A stretch of 64,000 nucleotides of DNA, from positions 2,232,388 through 2,296,387 of the forward strand of contig CM119270.1 of assembly GCA_051294375.1 (NCBI GenBank), in the 5' to 3' direction. Below are positions 33,775-47,044 of the stretch, one piece after another. Position numbers and translations under genes: made by a program. The notes beneath the pieces were generated by a model, which saw only the letters and a list, made by a program, of their open reading frames with translations, was not told the origin of the DNA and ran no database searches. The DNA is from Paraspadella gotoi (lineage: Eukaryota; Animalia; Chaetognatha). How positions within the stretch are numbered: position 1 is the first letter of the stretch; each line of letters opens with the position of its first letter.

Positions 33775-33953
33775 ATGGAGCTGGAGCCGGGCATTTTTAT
33801 TTCGGCTCCGGCTCCAGCTCCGGCTCCGGTCAAAAATTTATTTCGGCTCCGGCTCCGGCTCCGGCCAGATAAAAATTCTGGCTCCGGCTCCGGCTCCGGC
33901 AAAAAAAGCTCGGCTCCGGCGGCTCCGGCTCCGGCTCCGGCTCCACATCCCTG
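33775..33953. repeat. (GGCTCC)n subterminal array, probably the end of a non-autonomous DNA transposon
   Basis: Hexamer array ending ...ggctccacatccctg seen directly; family assignment is inference. Confidence 0.6.
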
Positions 33954-35115
33954 CCAGCAACATAAAAAGCCTTACCGTGACGCCCGAGGTCACTACTTGT
34001 CCGCAATAGCTGAGCAAGAAACAGGCCATTTGTTCAGAGATTCAGACTGTCTCGTGCTGTCCCATGACCCAAACTGGTTCTCAAGAGGTATTTAGAGAGG
34101 CAGTCTACATCAAAGCCCTCGAGCCCTCTTTGAACCGTGATGGAGGACGATTCGACCTCCCTCCAAGCTATGATTCGCTTATCAAAAGCGTGGTGGAGGC
34201 CCCGCCCACCACGCCCGCACAATGATTCCCCCGTCTCCACTCAACGAGACAGGCAGAGACCCTTACGCAGGCAATGGGCAAACGATGCCTCTCCTTCGAA
34301 TGCAGCAACTCAGCCCTCTCTCTGTGGACTGACGCCCAAAACGACGGCTTCAGGAGGAAGGAGAGGAGTCTAACATTTCTGTCGCAAAAGCGGCAAAAAT
34401 AGACAATCGCCCGCCTCGCCAGCAGGCGAGAAGAGGGCAGCCGGCAGGCGTATCAGGTCAGAGAGACATAAGAGTGGCATTGGGAATTTTTCCGCCTGGC
34501 ACAATCCCCGGTGCAGAATTTACCGGTTCAGTTGCACTCTCCTCTCAGCCACTGACGCGCCAATGACCCGTCGCCATCGTCCATGCCCTTCATTTGCATA
34601 AACCAAGGGGGGCCAGCTCATTTTGAGCTCTTTCTTACTCCTTAAATTTCATTTTAATCATTTACTTAACACTTAAAAATTCTCATATTTCATTTAAACA
34701 AATTTCATTTCATTTTTCACTTTCTATCCCTTAACTATTTATCCACTATACAATTGTTAAATTCACTAATTTTAGTTTCAAAGCATTAATTTTCTGTTGT
34801 ACATTGCACAATGTATCATTTATTATTTATTTATCCCTGTTCTCTCTCTCTCTCTCTCTAAGTTTCACTTCTTTTCACAACTTATTCAATCTGTCCTCAC
34901 CTTGACCTGTCCTCTCATCTGACCACTATTCTGTCTCACCACTTTGTTGGAAAACTTTTACCCAATTCTCTCTCTCTCTCTCTCTCTCTCTCTTCTTATG
35001 CACAAATTTAAACCAATCTGTCAAAACGCTTATGAAGGGCCTTGAAGGCTTGTAAAACAAGTCGAAACATGTCTGTTCAAATATAAATAAAATTCGTTGC
35101 AAACAAAACTTTGTC
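33954..35115 (+). mobile_element. Penelope-like retroelement 3' fragment: GIY-YIG endonuclease C-terminus (frameshifted) plus pLTR with decayed hammerhead
   Basis: QHKK...SAIAEQETGHLF...VLSHDPNWFSRGI/REAVYIKALEPSLNRDGGRFDLPPSYDSLIK (1-nt insertion near 34092) is the typical Penelope endonuclease end; hammerhead remnant at 35029-35073. Confidence 0.88.
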
Positions 35116-36096
35116 AATTCTCTAATTTATTAATTATATATCCATAAACAACAAAAAAATAATATTCAATCTCTCAATCTTTTCATCATTCCACCTTACA
35201 TGTTCTAAAAACTTATAAAAAAATAAAAAAAATAAAATATTTAAATTTATTTTTTATAAAAAAAAAGATTGTAATAATAATCTTGAATATTTAATATATA
35301 ATATTTATTATAGCATTATAAAAAATACTTAATATTAATTTTTATTTGATATATATAATTTAATTATTTGTAAACAATAAGTTTGTATATATAAACAAAC
35401 AAACGGATCTGAGGTTAGGGTAAAAAATACAGGTAAAAAATCAGGTCCGATCGCGATGTCTATAAATTTTGTAATTTTTTCATTGTCGCTGGTTATTATT
35501 ACATGATAATATACCTTACATTTATGAAAAAAAGCCCCTTTAATATAATACTTTTGCATACTACTGTATTTTTTATTGTATATATATATATAAATTACAA
35601 AAGTTAAAAAATTTTCAATATTAAAATATATTTTTATATTTACATATTAAAATACCAAAAAATATTTAAATAATTGCTGTAACAATATTTTTTTCCATAA
35701 TGATATTCATGCGACACTCGACAACTCAAATTTCTGATGGATTTTTTTATGTTCCGCGCATACCGCGAGGCCTGCGGCGGTCGTCGAGCCACGGAGAGGT
35801 GTTGGAAGAAGTTTATTTCAGCGGTACTCGCTTGGCCCCACTATTGAGCACAAATTTGAGGAAATGTGTTCATTCTTTATCCCAACCTCCAAAAATTTCA
35901 ACAATGACCGCTTAACGAGAATGCTTTATGAGCAACCAGCGTCTAAGTTTTGACAAATTTTTTCACGTTTTCCACAAGTTGATGGCGGCGACGGCGGTCT
36001 TGGCGTTGCTGAAAATGAAAATTTAAAAAAAACACGTGGCGAATGAAGAGGGTCGAGAAATTTCTATGGCAACTGTTTGAAGAATGATATTGAGAC

Positions 36097-36315
36097 TGAA
36101 GAGACAGTGATTATTGATATATGTTAATGACAGAAGCAGTCCCTGAGCTTCGGATCAGGCTGTAACACCATGTTACAGGCAGGTTAAGCGCCCCGTCCCT
36201 CTTAACTGCCAGACGACCACCGGGCTAGAACCCCGGACCTTTGGTTGGAGGCGAATGACTTGCCTCCGGCACCAATGGCCGCTGATGAACGGTTGGTGGA
36301 TTTTAGTCCACCATA
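36097..36315 (-). mobile_element. Solo LTR of the tRNA-LTR TRIM
   Basis: Matches LTR 50294-50524; flanked by AGAC on both sides (36093-36096, 36316-36319). Confidence 0.88.
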
Positions 36316-37294
36316 AGACATGAAAACACGTGATTTTTCCAAGTTGATTTTGAACGAGGACCTGATCGCGCATTAAGTGATTAGCGGTGTAAAAATTATG
36401 TTGCATCGAAAATTCGAGAGCGGCGAGGAACGAAAAAAAATCGCAACTTCTGCAGACCAGCTCCCTTAAATAATAAATTTCAAGATGAAAACGTGAAAAC
36501 TACGCTGTTGTTCCGGCAGATTTGGAAAGTTCAGATCGTGAACTATCCAGATGTCAAACAATAATGGTCAGTTAACATCATCTTCAGGTGCAAATTAAAG
36601 CCTCTACTAAAAGTTGGTTCAGGACTTTTTAATAAGCAAATAGCTTAGCCGTTTGGCAAGACACTAAACTAAATATATGTATTGTGATAAGTTCTCTTTT
36701 TAGTACCAGCGCTAGACGAGGGACAGTTAGACTTGACAAATTCTTAAATGTAGTATTATGTTTTACTGGCTTTGTTTCATATCAAGACCTTTACCGATTT
36801 TCTTTGTTCCCGCAAAGGAAGATACCTAGGACGTCAGAGGTTCAAATACTAATAACACTTTTTAATTTATTTGTTGGGATCAGGTGAAAATATTGTAAAA
36901 TATAGCAATGAACGGACATTTTCGAGTAGAGAACCGGTTTTAAAATGCTCAATATTGTACCAGGACCATTATTTATAGTCTTTATTTGCATTAGAAATGA
37001 GTTCAACGATTGTCTTAGAGTAGGAAACTCGTAATAAATTAGTATTTACAGTAAATTACGAAACAAAGACAAGTTAAAGAAAAATCGCTCGCGGAGTAAT
37101 CGTTTTAAGTGGCTTTAAATACTACTAAACCATTTATGGATTTATGTTGTTCCGGCAATTTTAGATACTAAAAAGCATGTACTATCGAAAACTATTCGTA
37201 TTTTGAGAGTATTTAAAGCGCTTCTGGTGCAACTTTCGTCATGAACCAAAAAAAACGAAAAAAAATTTCGATCGCTCGAATTCTTTTTCTTCGC

Positions 37295-37626
37295 AAATAG
37301 TGAAATATATTTTTTTGTTTTTTCCATTTAAACTCATTTCCACTCGGACGATTCCATCTAATCTTCATATCCAGCTCAATCACACATTTCCCTACCCACA
37401 CACAAAATTTCATTCAAATCCATCCATCCAATCACGAGTAATTGGTGTTTTTTGTTAAGGTGGGACGGACGGACGGACAGACAGATGGACGGACATCTTT
37501 TTTTTTTGCATAATTTATCATAATTCAATGTTCTGACATAAGTAAATTGCTCGACAAGATTGAGGGGGCGGACCGACAAAGTGAATTATAGAGTCGGGAT
37601 CTGCTGTAGGCAGATCCGACTAAAAA
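37295..37626 (-). mobile_element. HINE family 1, 5' fragment
   Basis: Reverse complement of 28207-28640, including subTIR hairpin and (GTCC)n. Confidence 0.85.
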
Positions 37627-37691
37627 TAGAATTACAGATAAATGACTAAGAGACGCGATGTAATTCCGTAACAGTTATCAGTATATTTCTT

Positions 37692-37734
<43 letters not shown>

Positions 37735-38049
37735 ACTTCTTGATCTTCACGCTTTGCGGCCTAAGGCTTTCGACGTGTCGCCCGTCGAGAAAGGGGTTCT
37801 GACGAGTCTCGGCGAGTATATTATGTATATTGGTCGTGACAAATCGTGGCAATAATTGTGACAAAAACAGTAGCGAAGTCGTGAAAACGCGTAAAAACGT
37901 TTTCCAACGAGCGACGTTCAAATGGTTCATTAACGACTGAAAAGCCAGTGACAAAAATTTGGAAAAGTTGACTTAATAATTGACCGTCGTCAAAAACTGG
38001 TCGATATAAAGAGAGAGAAAAATATGACCAAAAAAGGACAATTCTTTTT

Positions 38050-38095
<46 letters not shown>

Positions 38096-41000
38096 ATTCT
38101 CAGACTTATTTTTTTAGCCCTGATTTTCTATTGTCAATTTATGATTCATGAATATTAAGGAATAAATGAGTGTTTGATTAATTGCATACATGATTCTTGG
38201 TCTGATTGACTGAGTGATTGATTTATATATCAATAGATTGATTGATTGGTTGGTTGTTTGAGTGATTGATCCATCTATCAATTGATCAAATGATTGACTT
38301 ATTGGTTTTTACTGATTGATTGAAAGTTTATACAAATGATGTTTTTTTATTTTTTTTTTGGAAAAAAAAAAAAAAGAAGAACCTTCTTTTTTTCTTCATT
38401 TTTTTATTCATTCATTTTCATTTGAAAGAGAGAGAGAGAAAGAGTGATAAAACAGCATCAAGATCTCGTATTACAAATTAGAATATGTACATTTAGTAAG
38501 AAACTGCATCAATTTAAATAAAGCACGTTTTTATCTAAAAGGCGTCAAAGATAGGTAGACCGTAGAAAAAGATAGGTTTGGATTGGAAGGTTGTTTTTCT
38601 CGGTATAAGCCCTTCAGATTGCTTACTATTGAACCCTTCTTTTAAAATTAGATTACCAGCTACTGGGACAGGATATTTTCCTGGAGGAATGTGGCACCGT
38701 GGGGAGGGGGAGAGAAAAAGAGAACATGAAAGAGGTAAAATGAGATACACTGGTTAATCATAAAACTTGTCTCCAAGATAGTCTGGTTAAACTCATTATT
38801 AGCTTGGACAGCTAAATACTTGGTCAGTGACAAGGGGTAGTCATGCCCTGAGCACTAGCTTTTGGGAGATGCTTTATACTTCATCCAGATGTTCTAATTA
38901 CATACAACCAGTTCGCCGGAGTGGCCAAATATAAAATATAGCGTTCATACTTCATCTAAATGCTCTAATTACTTACAACCAGTTGGCCCATTTTAAAATA
39001 TAGTAAACTAAATATTAACAAAATTTAATAGTTCTAATTAAAACATTAAAAGACAAAAGACCAGAGAGATTTAATGTTCGGTGGAAAATAACAATTTTAA
39101 AACAAAAATGTTATTTTTAGGAAGATTCAAGGGCACACTTAATCCACAAATTCTAACCTATAAAGTGTTGTAAATATGTTTTACACTGCAAGGATTGGGT
39201 GCAGCTACCCTCAAAATCCCAAACGACCAATAATGTATTCGTTTGAATTTGGAATCCTGAAAAGGCGAAACGAAATAGTTAAGATTAAATATCAGTAAAC
39301 GACTCATGTAAATACTCACCAGCCGAATTCGCTTTATTCATCTCTCATGTCACTGCTAATTCTGCAAAGTTACTTGTACCTTGACCAGGTTTCTACTTAT
39401 TTACGGAGACAGCGAAGTCTGATAGCTCAGTTTCTACTTACCCAAATTTTGGCCGAAAACCAGTGAGACTTACCAAGCGCTAAAATTTCCCATGCGCAAT
39501 TTCCATCGGTAAACGATTCGCACTGCTCCGCTAAGAAATCTCTTCCGTTGTCTTTGTCATAAGGCAAAAGCTGAACGGTCAGTTAATATCTAGTAGTTTT
39601 TTTTTAGAAAATTAATCGTCTGTTCTAACTACTGTAGCATAAAAATTACGTTGAATTTTCAAAATATCAGAGGAAACAAGCCGAATTAGGAAAGAAGGCG
39701 AATAAAATGGGTTCCAATATGTATCTTGCATAACATTCAAGGCTGTCATTCTCTCACTCTCACCCAGATGATCTTGCCGGGTTGGGAACGCTGAAAATTT
39801 CATTGAGTTCTCGGGATTTAGTGAAGAAGCGAACTGTGGAATCTTTTGGTGAGTAGCCAAATCAGGGAGTTGTAAGATTTGGTACAGTTAATGCCAGCCA
39901 CGTGACAACGCGCCATCTTAACGCGCAGTAAAAACAGAAGCAGTTTATAAGCGTCTGCTCTCCAAAATTATGTACGTAAAACATAAGAACTAACAGCCTA
40001 AACGATTTGATAGAAAATGGAGAGTAGAGAACAGTAATGACACGTTAGTTAGAAAATCTGATCGACACCTAACATTCGAATAAGGTCTTTCGTCAAAGAC
40101 AATAACAAAAATTATTCACTGACATGCTCTGGCCCGGATGTCCGCCCCGCGGCCAACGCACGTTGTTACGCCGTGAGCAGTGGAAACGCCCCTCGTTTCG
40201 GGCGCTCCTCCCCTTCTTCGCGGTAAGCGTCCTCGGAACCGCGCGTTGACGAGCGTGGAGGGCGCCGACGCCCCTCGAAGACGCCCTCGATGACAGGAAG
40301 ACGCAGCCCAAGTTGACGGCGTCGATCGATCCGCTCGCAGAGGCCGACCCCCATGACCCTTGCTCCTGACCAGCGAGGGGTGAAACCAACCCACGTACCT
40401 CTTGGTGTGCTGGGCAGACAGCGTGAGTCAGAAGGCGGTTGAACCGGGCTATACCGAGCATGCGGAACCCACGCAGAATTGAGTGAGTTGATTGATTTAC
40501 CTCACTGATCGGATTAAATTCTGACTCGATTGGATAAATTAAATTTGACGTAAATGAATGAAGGAAATTAACGAATTGCGGTGAGAAGGCAAAGAAAGAA
40601 GTAAGAATAATCGGTAAGCCACCTCCGCATTGAATAAATCTGAATTTCGATTGACTGAGCTTGATGCTATATTGAAATGGAAATTATTGATTAATTTAGA
40701 TAATTAGATCTTGAACGAATAAAAAGAATTGAGCTGTGTTTAATTCTCGACTAGAATTGATTGATTTTTCCCGCTTCTTCCTCCATAACCTGCACTTCCA
40801 ATCGAATTTGTAGAGGGAACGGCTTCGGGTTTCGCACCGCCGCCGGTGGCATTCCCACGCGCGCCTTGCAGTTTTCCCACGATCTCCTCCCTGACAAACT
40901 GGGAGCCATTGCTTCTGAGAGCCGGACCTCCACGGAACTCAGGGAGTTTGGGCCTGCTCGTACATACACGAGGGCGCGAAGAGAGAAGGTCAGAGTTGAG

Positions 41001-44000
41001 AGAGGCGACTTAAAAAAGAATCACCGTTCGTCGTGTACCCAACGAGTGCAGTCTTTCGGGGTCCGAAATATCATGTTGAAGAATCATTTCAAATCGGTTA
41101 TTTAAAATTATATATTTTTTTCTGTTTTTTTAGTCCAGGTAATGGTCGCCCAGGAACGAGATTCAGTAATCATATTCGGTGTGTCCCAAGTTTTCTCTCA
41201 TTTCTTGTATTTTCTTTTGTTTGTTGAAACTCATTGTGTTCGTGTGGAAATTCCGTGAATTCAAGTACATGCTATGAGGAAAATAAAAAAAGACCGCTTA
41301 AATGTTTTACAACGTCATCGCCAGCAACCATAATATTGATGATTATAAAGAATGTATTTTCATTTATGGAGAACAAAACAGTGTGGTCATTAACATTAAT
41401 TTCTCAAATATTTCGACTTAATCTTCATAAGCTTCATCAGCAGTGGATAAATGAAAAATAATTATAGTAACACAACAGACGAGATAAGAAGAGAATAGAA
41501 AGAAGAGATGAAGATAATTACCTTGAAAGAAGAGCTGCGGGGAAGAAAAGTAGTAAAATGGGCAGATGCAAAAAGAACAAAAAAGGGATCCATGAAGTTA
41601 CGAAAGAGCAGTTTGAATTAGAGACCAACCGGACCCACCAAAGAATACCCTCTACCGATAGGTCAAAACACGCGGAATGTAGTTCAAAAAACCCAAGAAT
41701 GGAAGGAGCATAAGCGATGCCATTAAAACCGCCAGCAAGTGGAACCATCAGCGAAACCTCGCAACAGGTGTTCTGCGAAAACGGTTTCACTCTCTTCTCT
41801 CTCCTCTCCTTTGTTTCCCTATTTATTTTTATTTATCCAACTTATGGAAGATAGCGAAGAAATATTTCAGAAAAATTGCTTTTTTGGTCAAATCACCCAG
41901 TTTTTGCTTCCAATAAGTGAAAACTACAACTGTATTGTATCCTGAATAAAAAAAAATTTAAGAAAGCCATTGTTCCTTGAAAAAGAGGCGTGTATTTTAG
42001 AGCCCGCCATACTCGCCTACAACTCTTCTAAATTGTTTAGAGTCGGCAATTATCTGTTGTTTAAAAAAAACAAACTTACCTTTACCGTCCCTTTATTTTT
42101 AAAATATTTTTGGCGGAGGTTATGTTGGAAGAGAGTTTCCTTTCCCTTATGCCTGGTCTCGCATGTGTTGAGCCTTGCGTCAAGACGTACTCTGGGGAAA
42201 GCTGTTAATATTCCGATTCGCACCAAAAAGAGGTCGTTTCGTTTAGGAAGACCTATGGATGCTTCAAACGCCTCAACCCCACTAAAAATATGAACTTACT
42301 TGAAAAAATATTTGTATCTTTAATAGATTTATTCGTTGGTGATTGTCTGTTTGGCTGGGCCCTGATAAAACATTCACAAAGAAATAATGGATACCTGGTA
42401 AGTAATACTGAAGATCTGCACAATCTTGCTATAGCTCTTGATCTTAATGTCAAAATGCGGAATTGAAGGAAAATTTATAGAATCTTATGGACGGTTTTAA
42501 CAAATTACAGACGTTAATCGTAACTAACATTCATTAACGATGGCACAACAATGAAATTTCCCTCTCCGTCCGAACGGGCGGTCCTCATATCCTCTGTCTT
42601 CTCATGCGGGTCTTAAAGCATCCTTTTGTCTTATTCTCTCGAACACGACATTCGTTTCTTTTTTCTTCCTCAGGCGCAAGCTAGCTCCGGGCGGAAAAGC
42701 AGTGCAGAGAGGAAGGCCCGAGGAAAGCTATGGGTCGGGCAAGCGAGACCCGTGTCGACAGGCGGACACGCGAACGGCATCGTCGAAGGAAAGGAAAGGA
42801 GTAATTAAACGCCACACAGAAGCTTTTTCAAAAGGGTCAAGACCTTTAGAATCCTTGTTTAAAAAAAAAATTCAGAATGGGCAAAATATCCCCTAAATAA
42901 ACAAAATTAATAAACGACGAACAGACAAGTGATAACACCAGGTGGAGCAGTCGGGACCTGGAACAAAAAACGGAGAGTGTTTTAACTTTTTATAAACTAC
43001 ACTAGACACGGCCTTACGAATTGTTTATCATATTTTTGGAGATTGACTCGATCAATAGAACACGAGTGTCCCGTATTCGCCTTCGTCCGTCTTCGAATTA
43101 TCGTCGGTCCCTATTCAATGAATTTGTGTTCATGGTTCCTCGATCCAATTCCATTTGATTCCCGTCAGAATTAATGTAGCAGATTCGTAACATGAGATAA
43201 GTAAATCAAAACGAAAAAAAAGGGGAGGGAGGTTGAATACACTTAAACTGAAAAATGTTTCGTACGATTACGAATGATGACGACCACTGTTACCACCTAA
43301 AACAGTTTATATATAAAGAATGTATTTCATAACTCCCACCTGAGTTCGTCCGATCAAGTTCCTTAACGCGTCCTGATTTTGTAATCTAACTATTAAAGAT
43401 TATCAATCGGCGACACACTGAAAAATCTCTTAAACAGTTTGAACTTTATAATAACGTAGATCACTAAACATTATTTTTTTAGGTAATTACCTAAGAAGCG
43501 GAACTAACACAATTTTGAGAATTTTATTTTTTGTCGATGAGAGCTGCAACGCAAATTTTTGAAGCAAAAAAAAAAGAAGTGTACTGGGAGAAAAGTCATG
43601 TTATGTTTCTTCGACTGATCAAATTGCAAGGTTCCCGCGTCTCGGCAGCGAGTTCGAGTTTCTCGAACGCAACCGCGTGGAAAGATCCGGTTAGATTGGG
43701 CGACGTGCTTGAGAACGTTGGTAAAAGGACCACGACCGTCGTCAAGAATGACGAGAACGAATCCGTCGTGTCGTCGAGCCAAGCCGACCGATGTCATCTG
43801 CCGGTCGGCTTCGAAAGGACCGTCACCCTGCGGGGAGAGCGAGACGGAGAAGTGGGGATTTGCTTTGTCCGTACCGTTACCCGTACCATCACCCATCCGC
43901 TCACCTTCTGATCCTCTAAACGACCGAGGAAGTTCGTCGAGGTAGAGTTTGATCGCGGTTGCCGTGAATGTAAGTGAAGGCACGAGCGACAGTGCCACCT

Positions 44001-44384
44001 CGTCCAACGGGTCGTCAAACGTCGACAACGGTGGTCAGAAAGCAGGGGTGAGTTTTATACTGGCTGTCCGGACGCGTACCATAAACGCATTATCAATTCA
44101 CTAGCTGCCTGTCTGTCCTGTTGCTTTGAATATTATTTTGCATTGAGTTTCAAGCCTGATCAATTCCATCAAGATCATTTTGATTGGCATCTTAAATTTG
44201 TTTTTATATACGCAAATGGTTAGCTCAGCTTTATTTTACCGGAACAACGATGATAGGAATTACAATTTTTTATTTTTTGTTGGTAACAGTATTTAAATTG
44301 TTAACACAGACTATTACTTTTACCATGGAACACCATTTAAGATAAGAAGAAAAATTTGACAAAGCTGGTACAGCCGGCGGACCA

Positions 44385-44476
44385 TCAGTTCATTGAAGGG
44401 AAAGCCAACGTCGTCGCATGCCCTCTCTCGCATCGATGTTCCCAAACTCCCTGGTCAACCCGGCCTGTAGCATCAG
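44385..44476 (+). mobile_element. Gypsy pol fragment, end of RNase H (IEGKANVVA[D]ALSR)
   Basis: Canonical GK-x-NVVADALSR motif with a 2-nt deletion; ends TGTAGCATCAG, which recurs near 46507. Confidence 0.7.
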
Positions 44477-45304
44477 NNNNNNNNNNNNNNNNNNNNNNNN
44501 NTATAGCGTTCATACAAGGATATCTTCTGCCCTCGCTATCTCAACACATCGTAACTTTAACCTTTTTACATTATTCATCTATCTATTTTTTTTTTTAAAT
44601 CGATTTTTTTCAAAAATAATTTTCTCCTTAAAGATTTAATAGTAAAAGTTTTTCGATTGATCTGAAACTTAAAGACTGTTAATTTGAATGAAAATATTAC
44701 CTTCTGGTGACCTGAATTGACCTCGGTCAATTAACTTACCCTCGTCGCAAAAATACAACTCACCAAACAATATGAAACCTAACGTCTTTGTTCTCGTCGT
44801 CGTCGGTCAACTCTCTCTCTCTCTCTCCATCCTTTATATTTTGAAAAATCTGGTTTTTTTCTCTCTCAAAAATAACGTCGTTTTAACCTTTTATTATTCG
44901 TTTTGTCTACAATTAATTTTGCCTCAAGTATTTTCGTCTATTTTTATTATTGTTAGTACGTTGTAATAACGTATACATTTCTCAATTGTAAATATTGTTT
45001 TTTATTGTAAGTTAATATAATTAATTAAAATTAATCAACGACTCTTCTTAATAACGAGGGTTTTCCAAAGTGGTAAGCCCGACTAAAAAATCGCAACCTG
45101 GCTGACCAACGGGAATCTCGAAGCAACATCCTATCTCCTAATCTCATCGTCAAATCGGAGCGCATCCGCAGTCGCAGCCCAATTCAAAGGAGATTTGGCC
45201 CACCGACTCTTCACGAACAACTTCACATAGATCGTGCGACCTCGCCCTTTAGGTTTGACTGCGCGACTTCCAACTCCTCCACTGTTTCAACATCCGCCAG
45301 CGAC

Positions 45305-46460
45305 ATGTCGGCCAATGAAGAAACCGTGGCCAAACAGCCCATCGACATGGACTCTGTCAAGGACATGATGAAGCACCTTGCTCAGATGACAGAGAACTTC
45401 AACAGCCTCCTGAACGAGATGAGTCAAATGAGGAATGAGCATCGACTTTTGGCTGATAGGATGACCCACCATATCGCCAGCGTAAATCAGCAACAGCAGG
45501 TCATCCACAACCTCCAAGAAGTAACTTCGCCACTCAACCCTGAGGCATCCATTTTCAGGCCGCCAATCTCCGTGGAAATGGAATCAATTCCAGAGCAACC
45601 TCGCCCACCGAGGATGCCAAAATTGCCGACCTTCGACCCAAGGACCCTGAGCTTTGGCTCAGCATCGTTGATGCCGCCTACATCAACTGCAATGTCACCA
45701 ATCTACAAGAAAAAAAATGTCATCTCATTGCTGCCATCCCTGTTGAACATCGTCAACTCTTCAGGGATTTTATGACCGACACCACAGGAGATGACAAATA
45801 CAACTATGAATCCTTCAAAGTCGCCATCAAGGAGGCCTTCGGGGAGAATAAGTCCCAGCGCATCGCCCGCTTTATGGCATCTTCCACCCTCAATGGGAGG
45901 AATCCGACGCAGCTTGTCAAGGCAATGAGGGCGACCGCTAAGGATCTCACCATGGACGACATCATCCGTCATAAATTGTCCAATGCCCTCCCTTCAACCA
46001 TCCGCAATGTTGTCTTCAAGGACAACAAATCAATTGACGACATCGCGAAGGAGGCTGACGCCTTTTTCACCACTGCCGGGACACCCATTGAACAAGCCAA
46101 AACAGCGCCAGTGTGCCACATCTCTCAGGAAAGTGATCTTGAGACTTTCGATGCCTGCGACCAAATTCAAGAGGATGAAACTCTGCCAGCACCCTCCTAT
46201 GCGCAGGTGTGTGCGGCCACGCGCAACTTTCAAGTAAGAAAGCCGGCTCCAGCATATAAGGCCCAGAATAGAAACACCAAATTTACTGCTCGCGCCTCTT
46301 TCCCTTTTGAGCCTCATTAAAGACTGTTTCTAACGGAAAAACCATCTGTGGATATCATCGTCGATTTGGTGACCGTGCCATAAACTGCCAAAACGGGTGT
46401 GAGCATCGGGGAAACGGAACGGCGGCAGCCGTCAATAAACGCCGCTGCCGGCGATCCTGA
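45305..46460 (+). pseudogene. Gypsy gag, frameshifted near 45640 and 46310
   Basis: ORFs 45305-45775 and 45772-46320 plus the CHCC knuckle join into one gag-like peptide after two frame corrections. Confidence 0.82.
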
Positions 46461-46506
46461 AGCTCTCCTTCACGTCCGCGACCACATCAATGGCCTCACA
46501 TGGGTT

Positions 46507-46956
46507 GTGTAGCATCAGCAAGGGCTTGCGAAAGCCTTCACAGCATCATTGCAGCGGTTGGCCCTCATGGAATCGACTTTGATGCAATGGCGAATGACCA
46601 ACAAAATGATGCTGATGTGAAAAAACTACTCGACAATCCACTTACTGGAATTCGTTTCAAAGTTGTCAAAATTGGTGAAGCTGATCTCATCTGCGATATC
46701 AGCAGTGGTCGCGCGCGCCCAATTGTTCCAAAAAAATGGCGCCGCCACGTTTTTGACGTCATTCACGGCCTCGCCCATCCAGGTGTTCGCGCCACAAAAA
46801 AACTAATAACGCAAAAATTTGTTTGGCCTTCGGCATCATCCGACGCTGCAGAATGGAGCCGCACGTGCATAACGTGCCAACGCACTAAAGTACAGGAACA
46901 CGTCCGTGCCCCTCTCCAAGCTTTCGAGACACCGGAGAAACGTTTCCAACACGTCC
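46507..46956 (+). pseudogene. Gypsy integrase N-terminal HHCC zinc-binding region, truncated before the DDE core
   Basis: LICDISSGRARPIVPKKWRRHVFDVIHGLAHPGVRATKKLITQKFVWP...CITCQRTKV...PEKRFQHV. Confidence 0.9.
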
Positions 46957-47044
46957 TATTGTAAGTTAATATAATTAATTAAAATTAATCACGACTCTTC
47001 TTAATAACGAGGGTTTTCCAAAAACCTATCTTTAAAATATAAAG

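Larger units (their letters stand above)
45003..47020 (+). mobile_element. Decayed, internally deleted Ty3/Gypsy LTR retrotransposon, CsRn1-like clade (gag, start of protease, integrase zinc finger)
   Basis: Direct repeats 45003-45067 / 46957-47020 ending TTTTCCA; PBS TGGTAAGCCCGAC (45071-45083); gag with KLPTF..DPELW and C-x2-H-x9-C-x3-C knuckle (CGYHRRFGDRAINCQNGC); GGGAAAC slippery site; integrase HGLAHPG...FVWP...CITCQRTKV. Confidence 0.9.

Noticed and set aside
36282-36330. CTGATGA followed by a hairpin on the antisense strand of the TRIM LTR, suggesting a retrozyme-type hammerhead
   Set aside because: No GAAA directly closing stem II and no helix III or cleavage triplet conserved among the copies
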